Assembly: GCA_963798845.1 (NCBI GenBank)
Contig: CAWCUS010000006.1
Span: forward strand, 1,120,001 to 1,184,000
Direction: 5' to 3'
DNA length: 64,000 bases
Source: an uncultured Gemmatimonadales bacterium
Lineage (GTDB): Bacteria; Gemmatimonadota; Gemmatimonadetes; Longimicrobiales; RSA9
Notes under the pieces: generated by a model
Told to the model about the DNA's origin: nothing
Seen by the model: the letters and a program-made list of their open reading frames with translations, nothing else
The model's database searches: none
Part shown: one piece after another, positions 56,881 to 64,000 of the stretch
Layout: every line of letters begins with the position of its first letter
How positions within the stretch are numbered: the first letter of the stretch is position 1
Made by a program: the position numbers and the translations under genes

Positions 56881-59800
56881 GCGAGCGTCCTCGCGGCAGT
56901 CATGGAGAGCCGCCCAGGCAGTCGGGGCACCACAAGGGCGAGCACAGGCAGTTCGGGCTGACCAACTTCGCGCTCCGGCACCGCGTGAGCGTGCTGATGC
57001 TGCTCGGCATCGTCACGATCCTGGGGCTGGTGTCCTACACGAGCGTGCCTAAGGAGGCGTCCCCCGAGATCACGATTCCGATCATCGCAGTGAGCGTCAT
57101 CTACCCCGGCGTGTCGCCGCGGGACATGGAGACGCTCGTGGCCCGGCCGCTGGAGGAGGAGCTCAACACGATCGCGGACATCGATGAGCTGAGCTCCACG
57201 TCCATCGAGGGCTACACGAACATCATCGCCGAGTTCGAGAACGGGATGGACATGGAGGACGCGCTCCGGAAGGTGCGCGAGAAGGTGGACGTGGCGAAGG
57301 TCGACCTGCCATCGGACGTGGAAGAGCCCATGGTCATGGAGTTCAACCTGTCCGAGTTCCCGATCATGCAGGTCAACATCTCGGCCCCGTACGGCCTCGA
57401 GCGCCTGAAGGACGTGGCCGAGGACGTCCAGGACCATCTCGAGCAGATCCCGTCGGTCCTGAGCGTCGACCTGTCCGGCGGGCTGGAGCGGGAGGTCAAG
57501 GTGGCGGTGGACCTGCCGCGCCTGAAGTACTACGGCCTGAGCTTCACCGACGTGGTGAGCGCCATCCGGAACGAGAACGTGAACATCCCGGGCGGCGTGG
57601 TGGACATGGGCAACCAGCAGTACACGCTCCGGGTGGCGGGCGAGTTCAAGGAGGCGCAGCCGATCGAGGACGTGGTGGTGACCACGCGCGGCGGCCGTCC
57701 CATCTACGTGCGGGATGTCGCCACGGTCGACTTCGGCTACAAGGATCGGGAGACGTACGCGCGCCTCGACGGCACGCCCGTCGTGACGCTCAACGTGGTG
57801 AAGCGCTCGGGCGAGAACATCATCGCCACTGCCGAGTCCGTGAAGGCGACGCTCGACCAGCTGGCGCCGTCCTTCCCTCCGGAGACGGTGGTGAAGATCA
57901 CGGGCGACCAGTCCGAGGACATCCACGACATGGTCAGCTCGCTGGAGAACAACATCATCAGCGGCCTGATCCTGGTGCTGGCGATCCTCATGTTCTTCCT
58001 GGGCGCGCGCAACGCCGGCTTCGTGGCCACGTCCATCCCGCTCAGCATGCTCCTCAGCTTCATCGTCATGAAGCTGCTCGGAGTGAGCATGAACATGGTG
58101 GTGCTGTTCAGTCTGATCCTCGCCCTGGGGATGCTGGTCGACAACGCCATCGTCGTGGTGGAGAACATCTACCGCCACATCGAGCAGGGGTACGACAACT
58201 GGCGGGCCGCCCGCCTCGCGACGGGGGAGATCGCTCTCCCCGTGATCGCGTCCACGGCCACGACCCTGGCCGCGTTCGCGCCGCTCCTGTTCTGGCCGGG
58301 GATCGCCGGCGAGTTCATGAGCTACCTTCCGCTCACGCTCATCATCACCCTGTCCAGCTCGCTGTTCGTGGCGCTGATCATCGTGCCCGTGCTGTGCGCC
58401 ATGTTCATGAAGCTGGACGGCGAGCCGAGCGCACCGCTCACCCCGGTCGCCCGCTATACGCTGTTCGGCGCCGTGGCGCTCCTGCTGCTCCTGATCGCCG
58501 CGGCCAACCCGCTCACCGCGCTGCTGCTCGGCGCCACGGCGGCCGCCGTGGTGACCGTGCACAAGCTGGTCATGGTCCGCGTCGCCCGCTGGTTCCAGGA
58601 GCGCGCGGTGCCCGCCACCATCGCCTGGTACGAGAAGCGGCTGCGCTGGGCGCTCCGCCACCGCCTCATCGCGCTCGGCACCGCGCCCGTCGTATTCATC
58701 GTCGCGGTGATCCTCTTCATCGCGTTCAACGCGGGCGTGGAGTACTTCCCGGAGTCGATCCCGCCCGCCCAGGTGATGGCGCAGATCGACGTTCCCAGCG
58801 GCACGCGCCCTGAGTTCATCAACAGCGTGGCGGAGGGCGTGGAAGCCCAGCTCCGCCGCGTCTCCGGTGTCGAGGACGTGGAGTCCATGGTGGCCACGGT
58901 CGGCTCCGGCGGCCCGATGGGCGGGCTGTTCGGCGGGAGCGGTGAAGCCAACATCACCGTGCAGTTCGTGGATTTCGAGAACCGAAAAGGGGACGTCTTC
59001 GCGACGCTCGCCCACATGCAGGACAGCGTCGGGGCCGGGATCGCCGGCGCCGAGGTCACCATGGCGAAGCAGGACATGGGACCGCCCACGGGCGCGCCCG
59101 TGAGCATCGAGATCGCGGGCGACGACCCGGACGTGCTGAAGCGGCTGTCCGACCGCGCCGTCTCCATCCTCCAGTCGCAGGCGGTGGGTCGGAAGCTGGA
59201 AGGTCTGGAGAGCGACATGGACGATGCCCGCCAGGAGCTGGTCATCGACGTGGACCGCGAGAAGGCGGCGCTCTACGGCCTGAGCACGGCGCAGGTGGGC
59301 GGCACCATCCGCAGCGCCATCCAGGGGACGGAGGCGGCCAAGTTCCGGCAGGGTCAGGACGAGTACGACATCGTGGTGCGCCTGGCCGAGAAGTACCGCA
59401 ACAACCTGGACGCGCTCCAGGAGATGACGGTCCTGTCCGACGACGGCGTGCAGGTGCCGCTCTCGTCCGTCGCCAGCTGGCAGGTGGCTGAAGGCGCCGG
59501 GTCCGTCAAGCGGAAGGACCTGGACCGCGTGGCCACGATCACGAGCGACGTGGTGTCGGGTCAGAACAGCAACGCGGTGCTGAAGCAGGTCCAGGCGACG
59601 CTGGCCTCCGCCGGCTTCGACCGCGAGCTGCCCCCGGGCTACACGCTGAAGTACACCGGCGAGCAGGAAGACCAGCAGGAGGCGATGGCGTTCCTCTCCA
59701 ACGCGTTCCTGGTGGCGCTCATGCTCATCGGCTTCATCCTCATCAGCCAGTTCAACTCGGTGGTGAAGCCGGTCATCATCCTGACGTCCGTCCTCATGTC

Positions 59801-60371
59801 CACCGTGGGCGTGCTCCTGGGCCTCGTCGTCTTCCGCATGCCGTTCGGCATCATCATGACCGGCGTGGGGATCATCAGCCTGGCCGGCGTCGTCGTGAAC
59901 AACGCCATCGTCCTCATCGACTACGTGGACATCCTGCGCGATCGCAATGGCATGGACCGGCGCGAGGCGCTCGTCCAGGCCGGCAAGACCCGCTTCCGCC
60001 CCGTCATCCTGACCGCCGTGACCACCGTGCTGGGGCTCGTGCCGCTGGCCATCGGCCTGAACATCGACTTCCTCGGCCTCTTCACGCGACTCCAGCCGGA
60101 CATCTACTGGGGTGGCGAGCAGGCCGCCTGGTGGGGATCCATGGCCATCTCCGTCATCGTCGGCCTCAGCTTCGCCACGATCCTGACGCTGATCCTCGTC
60201 CCCGTCATGTACTCCCTCGTGGACGACGTCGCCGCCTTCTTCCGCCGGCACTACACCCGCCCGGTGGAAGCGGAGCCCGAGGAGCCGGTGGCGGGGCCGT
60301 TCGAGCCCGCTCCGCGCCCGGCCCGCGAATCGGTCATGGCGTCGCAGGAAGCGCGACCGGCGGAAGCGTAG
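56877..60371 (+). CDS. RND efflux permease
   Basis: YPGVSP, GMLVDNAIVVVEN, VVVNNAIVLID and RFRPVILT. Confidence 0.95.
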   Translation: MSERPRGSHGEPPRQSGHHKGEHRQFGLTNFALRHRVSVLMLLGIVTILGLVSYTSVPKEASPEITIPIIAVSVIYPGVSPRDMETLVARPLEEELNTIADIDELSSTSIEGYTNIIAEFENGMDMEDALRKVREKVDVAKVDLPSDVEEPMVMEFNLSEFPIMQVNISAPYGLERLKDVAEDVQDHLEQIPSVLSVDLSGGLEREVKVAVDLPRLKYYGLSFTDVVSAIRNENVNIPGGVVDMGNQQYTLRVAGEFKEAQPIEDVVVTTRGGRPIYVRDVATVDFGYKDRETYARLDGTPVVTLNVVKRSGENIIATAESVKATLDQLAPSFPPETVVKITGDQSEDIHDMVSSLENNIISGLILVLAILMFFLGARNAGFVATSIPLSMLLSFIVMKLLGVSMNMVVLFSLILALGMLVDNAIVVVENIYRHIEQGYDNWRAARLATGEIALPVIASTATTLAAFAPLLFWPGIAGEFMSYLPLTLIITLSSSLFVALIIVPVLCAMFMKLDGEPSAPLTPVARYTLFGAVALLLLLIAAANPLTALLLGATAAAVVTVHKLVMVRVARWFQERAVPATIAWYEKRLRWALRHRLIALGTAPVVFIVAVILFIAFNAGVEYFPESIPPAQVMAQIDVPSGTRPEFINSVAEGVEAQLRRVSGVEDVESMVATVGSGGPMGGLFGGSGEANITVQFVDFENRKGDVFATLAHMQDSVGAGIAGAEVTMAKQDMGPPTGAPVSIEIAGDDPDVLKRLSDRAVSILQSQAVGRKLEGLESDMDDARQELVIDVDREKAALYGLSTAQVGGTIRSAIQGTEAAKFRQGQDEYDIVVRLAEKYRNNLDALQEMTVLSDDGVQVPLSSVASWQVAEGAGSVKRKDLDRVATITSDVVSGQNSNAVLKQVQATLASAGFDRELPPGYTLKYTGEQEDQQEAMAFLSNAFLVALMLIGFILISQFNSVVKPVIILTSVLMSTVGVLLGLVVFRMPFGIIMTGVGIISLAGVVVNNAIVLIDYVDILRDRNGMDRREALVQAGKTRFRPVILTAVTTVLGLVPLAIGLNIDFLGLFTRLQPDIYWGGEQAAWWGSMAISVIVGLSFATILTLILVPVMYSLVDDVAAFFRRHYTRPVEAEPEEPVAGPFEPAPRPARESVMASQEARPAEA

Positions 60372-60481
60372 CGGACCCCAGGGCGGGCCGGCGGCGTCTC
60401 GCACGCGCCGGCCCGCCTGCCCCTTGCGGCCCCTTTCCATCGAGGGCATCATTCCCCATTCCCATATGCGAATCTGTGTAG

Positions 60482-60862
60482 ATGCCCTTCCGGTATCGAG
60501 TCATCGACGGTGGTGAGATCCTCCTCGTCCGCGCCGTGGGCGAGGCCGACGTCCTGGACTGGATCAGGCTGAACCGGGATGCGCCGACGGGGGTCAGGCC
60601 GCACGAGTGCGGGCTGCTGATCGACCTCCGCAAGCGCACGAATCTTCCCAGCACGCCCTCCGTTCGGGCCATCGGTGAAGCGCTGCGCCGGCAGCTCCGG
60701 TTCGCGGCCGTGGCCATGGTCGCGCGCTCCGGCACACAGTTCGGGCTCGCACGGATGGTGGAGCTCACCGCCGAGACCGAGAGCCGGCCGCTGGCCACCT
60801 TCGGCGCACTCCGGGAGGCGCGGGCCTGGCTGCGCGACCGCCTCCGGGTGCAGCCCGACTGA
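60482..60862 (+). CDS. Hypothetical protein, possibly SpoIIAA/STAS-like
   Basis: LLIDLR, AVAMV..QFGLARM and F..LREARAWL pattern. Confidence 0.55.
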   Translation: MPFRYRVIDGGEILLVRAVGEADVLDWIRLNRDAPTGVRPHECGLLIDLRKRTNLPSTPSVRAIGEALRRQLRFAAVAMVARSGTQFGLARMVELTAETESRPLATFGALREARAWLRDRLRVQPD

Positions 60863-60918
60863 GCCGCCGGCTCGGCTGAGCCCGCCCACGGCCGCCATTG
60901 CCGCGGCCAGCGTCGAGA

Positions 60919-60947
60919 TTGACCCCGTCGCGACGTTCGCCTACCAT
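60919..60947 (+). promoter_or_regulatory. Sigma70-type promoter of the ncRNA
   Basis: TTGACC(60919-24)-N17-TACCAT(60942-47); predicted start ~60953. Confidence 0.7.
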
Positions 60948-60951
60948 TCGA

Positions 60952-61109
60952 TACAGCCTGGCAGCACCCGCGGACGCATTTGAGGCCGCTTGACACCGCG
61001 GGGCGGAGGGGAACGGTCGGCAATGGGCGCGAGGGAGCGCCCGGTTCGAGCCGTCGTTCCCGGGCCGTCGAAACAAAGGACTAAAGTGCCGGGAACAGCC
61101 TTGGTTGTG
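60952..61109 (+). ncRNA. ssrS: 6S RNA-like rod-shaped RNA
   Basis: Hand-folded nested helices ACAGCC/GGTTGT, GGC/GCC, CCCG/CGGG, GCA/TGC, a central bubble (3' side GAAACAAAGGACTAAA), GGCGG/CCGTC, GGGAACGG/TCGTTCCC, CGGC/GCCG and apical GGGCGC/GCGCCC. Has its own promoter and terminator. Confidence 0.68.
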
Positions 61110-61113
61110 CGGG

Positions 61114-61144
61114 CCCCGACACTTCTGGAGTGTCGGGGTTTTTT
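61114..61144 (+). terminator. Intrinsic terminator
   Basis: CCCCGACACT-TCTGG-AGTGTCGGGG-TTTTTT. Confidence 0.88.
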
Positions 61145-61296
61145 GTTGGGGCCGAAGCGCGTTCGGCGCCGCGGGAGGCGGCGTCCCGCACGCGCAGCGT
61201 GCGACCCGCGGCGGAGCCGCGATGCGCGGGCAGCGCGGCCCGCTCCCCCGACCACGAGGCGCCCGCAGCTACCTTCACGAACGAACGAGGTAAGAC

Positions 61297-64000
61297 ATGA
61301 GCCACTCCCCGTACCTGGATGCCATCTCACGGCGCGTCGTGGTCTTCGATGGCGCCATGGGCACGAGCATCCAGGCGCGGGAGCTGACGCGGGCGGACTT
61401 CGGCGGAGACGCGCTGGAGGGGTGCAACGACCACCTGGTCCTGAGCCGCCCGGACGTGATCGAGGAGATCCACGCCAGCTTCCTGGAGGTGGGTTGCGAC
61501 GCGGTGGAGACGGACACGTTCCGCGCCAACCGGCTCACCATGCGGGAGTACGGGCTGCAGGACCGGGTAGTGGCGCTGAACCGGGCGGCCGCGGAGCTGG
61601 CCCGGCGCGCGTGCGATCGGTATGCGACGCCGGATCGCCCGCGCTTCGTCGCCGGCAGCATCGGCCCGAGCGGCTTCCTCCCGTCCACGAGCGACCCGTC
61701 GCTCGGCGCCATGACGTACGAGGAGCTGATGGCCGCGTTCGCGGAGCAGGCCCGCGGACTGCTCGATGGGGGAGTGGACGTGCTTCTGATCGAGACCAGC
61801 CAGGACATGCTGGAAGTGAAGGCCCAGGTGGCGGGGCTGAAGCAGGCGCGGGCGGACGCCGGGCGGGAGTACGTCCCCATCCAGGCCCAGGTGACGCTGG
61901 ACACCAGCGGACGCATGCTGCTCGGCACCGACATCGCCGCGGCGGCCACGGTCCTGGTCGCGCTGGGCGTGGACGTCATCGGACTGAACTGCTCCACGGG
62001 TCCCGAGCACATGCGCCAGCCGGTGCGCTGGCTCACGGAGAACGTCCCGCTCCCCATCAGCGTCATCCCGAACGCGGGGATCCCCCACAACGAGGGCGGC
62101 CGCGCCGTGTACCCGCTCACGCCGGAGGCGCTGGCGGCCGCGCACGACGAGTTCGTGCGCGAGATGGGCGTGAACGTGGTGGGCGGCTGCTGCGGGACCA
62201 CCCCCGAGCACCTGCGCCACGTGGTGGAGCGGGTGTGGGGGACGGAGCCGAAGCCGCGATCGCCGCAGTGGACGCCGCGCGTCGCCAGCGGCATGACGGC
62301 ATTCGACATGGCGCAGATCCCGGCGCCCACGCTCATCGGCGAGCGCGTGAACACGCAGGGAAGCCGCGCGGTCAAGCGTCTGCTCGTGGCCGACGACTAC
62401 GAGGGCGTGCGCGACGTGGCGCGCGGGCAGGTGGACGGCGGCGCGCACCTGCTGGACGTGTGCGTGGCGCTCACCGAGCGGCAGGACGAGGCCGCGCAGA
62501 TGCGGACGCTCGTCAAGCTGCTGGCCCAGAGCGTCGAGACTCCGCTGGTGGTCGACTCGACCGAGGCGGACGTGGTGGAGGCGGCGCTCCGGCAGTACCC
62601 CGGCCGCGCCATCATCAACTCCATCAACCTGGAGAACGGCCGGAAGCGGATCGACGACGTGGTCCCGCTGGCCGTGAAGCACGGCGCCGCCGTCGTCGCC
62701 CTGACCATCGATGAGGAAGGGATGGCGAAGACCGCGGAGCGGAAGCTCGAGGTGGCCCGCCGCATCCACGACATCGTCACCGGCGACTTCGGGCTCCAGC
62801 CGACCGACCTGGTCTTCGACGCCCTGACCTTCACGCTGGCCACCGGCGACGACGAGTTCCGGAAGAGCGCCGTGGCCACCCTGGACGGAATCCGCCGCAT
62901 CAAGGACGAGCTGCCCGGCGTGTTCACGTCGCTCGGCGTCAGCAACGTCAGCTTCGGGCTGCAGCGCCCCGCCCGCGCCGTTCTCAACTCCGTCTTCCTC
63001 CACCACTGCGTGGAGGCGGGGCTGGACATGGCGATCGTGAACCCCGCCCACATCACTCCCTACGCCGAGATCGACCAGGAGCAGCGCGGTCTCGCCGACG
63101 ACCTGATCTTCGACCGCCGCGAGGACGCGCTGGCGCGCTTCATCGCGTTCTTCGAGTCGCACGACGTGGAGGAGGAGGAGGCCGGGGACCCGCGCGAGGA
63201 CATGGACGTGGACGCGGCGATCCACTGGTCGATTTTGCATCGGAAGAAGGAAGGCGTGGAGGCGCTGGTGGACGCGGCTGTCGCATCGCGGATGTCGGGG
63301 ACGATGGCCTCGGGCGCTGGCGCGCCCTCGGCCACCCCGCTTCGCGGGGATTCGACGGCCGATCGCGGCTCCGCCGCTCCGGGCGCCCCCCACCCCGCTT
63401 CGCAGGGATTCGACGGCCGATCGCGGCTCCGCGGCTCCGGACGCCCCGCTTCGCGGGGATTCGACGGCCGATCGCGGCTCCGCCGCTCCGGACGCCCCGC
63501 TTCGCGGGGATTCGACGGCCGATCGCGGCTCCGCCGCTCCGGGCGCCCCGCTTCGCGGGGATTCGGATCGCGAAAGCGCGCGCTCGCCTGTGCCGGGGAC
63601 GGGGCGCACGCCGACGCCGCAATCCCACAAGGCGGGCGTCACCGTCCTCAACCATGTCCTTCTCCCCGCCATGAAGGAGGTGGGCGACAAGTTCGGGGCG
63701 GGCGAGCTGATCCTGCCGTTCGTGCTGCAGTCGGCGGAGGTGATGAAGAAGGCGGTCGCGCGCATGGAGACGTACCTGGAGAAAGTCGAGGGGGAGTCGA
63801 AGGGGACGGTGGTGCTGGCCACCGTCTTCGGCGACGTGCACGACATCGGGAAGAACCTCGTCCACACCATCCTCGAGAACAACGGCTACGCGGTCCACGA
63901 CCTGGGCAAGCAGGTTCCGGTCAACGACATCATCGCCAGGGCGGAGGAGGTGCGCGCGGACGCCATCGGTCTGAGCGCGCTGCTGGTCTCCACGTCCAAG
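61297..64000 (+). CDS. metH: Cobalamin-dependent methionine synthase (3' partial; repeat insertion and apparent +1 frameshift at 63386-63391)
   Basis: FDGAMGT, GLNCSTGP, GGCCGTTP, IGERVN, NSINLE, SNVSFG, LLPAMKEVGDKFGAGE..LPFVLQSAE and GDVHDIGKN (B12 DxHxxG). Absent from the ORF track. Confidence 0.95.
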   Translation, partial: MSHSPYLDAISRRVVVFDGAMGTSIQARELTRADFGGDALEGCNDHLVLSRPDVIEEIHASFLEVGCDAVETDTFRANRLTMREYGLQDRVVALNRAAAELARRACDRYATPDRPRFVAGSIGPSGFLPSTSDPSLGAMTYEELMAAFAEQARGLLDGGVDVLLIETSQDMLEVKAQVAGLKQARADAGREYVPIQAQVTLDTSGRMLLGTDIAAAATVLVALGVDVIGLNCSTGPEHMRQPVRWLTENVPLPISVIPNAGIPHNEGGRAVYPLTPEALAAAHDEFVREMGVNVVGGCCGTTPEHLRHVVERVWGTEPKPRSPQWTPRVASGMTAFDMAQIPAPTLIGERVNTQGSRAVKRLLVADDYEGVRDVARGQVDGGAHLLDVCVALTERQDEAAQMRTLVKLLAQSVETPLVVDSTEADVVEAALRQYPGRAIINSINLENGRKRIDDVVPLAVKHGAAVVALTIDEEGMAKTAERKLEVARRIHDIVTGDFGLQPTDLVFDALTFTLATGDDEFRKSAVATLDGIRRIKDELPGVFTSLGVSNVSFGLQRPARAVLNSVFLHHCVEAGLDMAIVNPAHITPYAEIDQEQRGLADDLIFDRREDALARFIAFFESHDVEEEEAGDPREDMDVDAAIHWSILHRKKEGVEALVDAAVASRMSGTMASGAGAPSATPLRGDSTADRGSAAPGAPHPASQGFDGRSRLRGSGRPASRGFDGRSRLRRSGRPASRGFDGRSRLRRSGRPASRGFGSRKRALACAGDGAHADAAIPQGGRHRPQPCPSPRHEGGGRQVRGGRADPAVRAAVGGGDEEGGRAHGDVPGESRGGVEGDGGAGHRLRRRARHREEPRPHHPREQRLRGPRPGQAGSGQRHHRQGGGGARGRHRSERAAGLHVQ
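63335..63565 (+). repeat. 51-bp palindromic tandem repeat inside metH (four full copies plus one partial)
   Basis: Copies start at 63335, 63393, 63444, 63495 and 63546. Unit CCCCGCTTCGCGGGGATTCGACGGCCGATCGCGGCTCCGCCGCTCCGGACG. Confidence 0.92.

Noticed and set aside
56592..60452. 1286-aa minus-strand ORF and other long overlapping ORFs (e.g. 5981-8542, 61327-63882, 60990-62714)
   Set aside because: Shadow frames of well-supported genes in high-GC DNA; Arg/Gly/Ala/His-rich with no motifs.
61020..61110. SAM-I, SAH or cobalamin riboswitch upstream of metH
   Set aside because: GAGGGA..CCC resembles SAM-I P2, but the AUC..GAG, GCAACC and other core motifs are absent. The full-length rod fold explains the sequence better. 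A covariance search is still needed.
63289..63625. Intein or self-splicing intron in metH
   Set aside because: No C-terminal His-Asn followed by Cys/Ser/Thr, no endonuclease or RT motifs; the insert is a low-complexity tandem repeat.
1..64000. Prophage, integrative element or defence island
   Set aside because: No integrase, transposase, phage structural, restriction or toxin-antitoxin motifs recognised. Composition looks uniform and housekeeping genes are interspersed throughout.

Overview
A 64-kb, very GC-rich bacterial chromosomal segment. Its gene style suggests Gemmatimonadota, but that is my inference and was not tested. I found no integrase, transposase, cas gene, rRNA or tRNA. Contents in order: (i) a light-responsive carotenoid locus (CruF-like gene divergent from a B12-dependent CarH/LitR-type repressor and crtI); (ii) metallophosphoesterase, CBS protein, psd, class V aminotransferase and an OmpA lipoprotein; (iii) a first regulator-TolC-MFP-RND efflux operon; (iv) a beta-propeller/MarC fusion, Trk/Ktr K+ uptake, peptidases, a PAS-GGDEF-EAL protein and amidohydrolases; (v) apgM, an M16 pair, NUDIX, two ECF sigma/anti-sigma pairs, holA, thrC, a DksA/TraR-like protein and pepP; (vi) a second RND operon; (vii) a 6S-like RNA and a partial metH. 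The most unusual signals are four. First, short repeats built on C-GNA-G triloop DNA mini-hairpins form intergenic arrays, one with an ordered B-A-B-AA-B-AAA-B layout. Second, a related 51-bp repeat sits as a ~110-codon insertion in the metH cap region. Third, a rod-shaped 6S-like RNA with its own promoter and terminator lies just upstream of metH. Fourth, a secreted beta-propeller is fused to MarC. Three apparent frameshifts fall in C homopolymers and are probably sequencing errors. All calls come from reading motifs by eye; no database searches were run.
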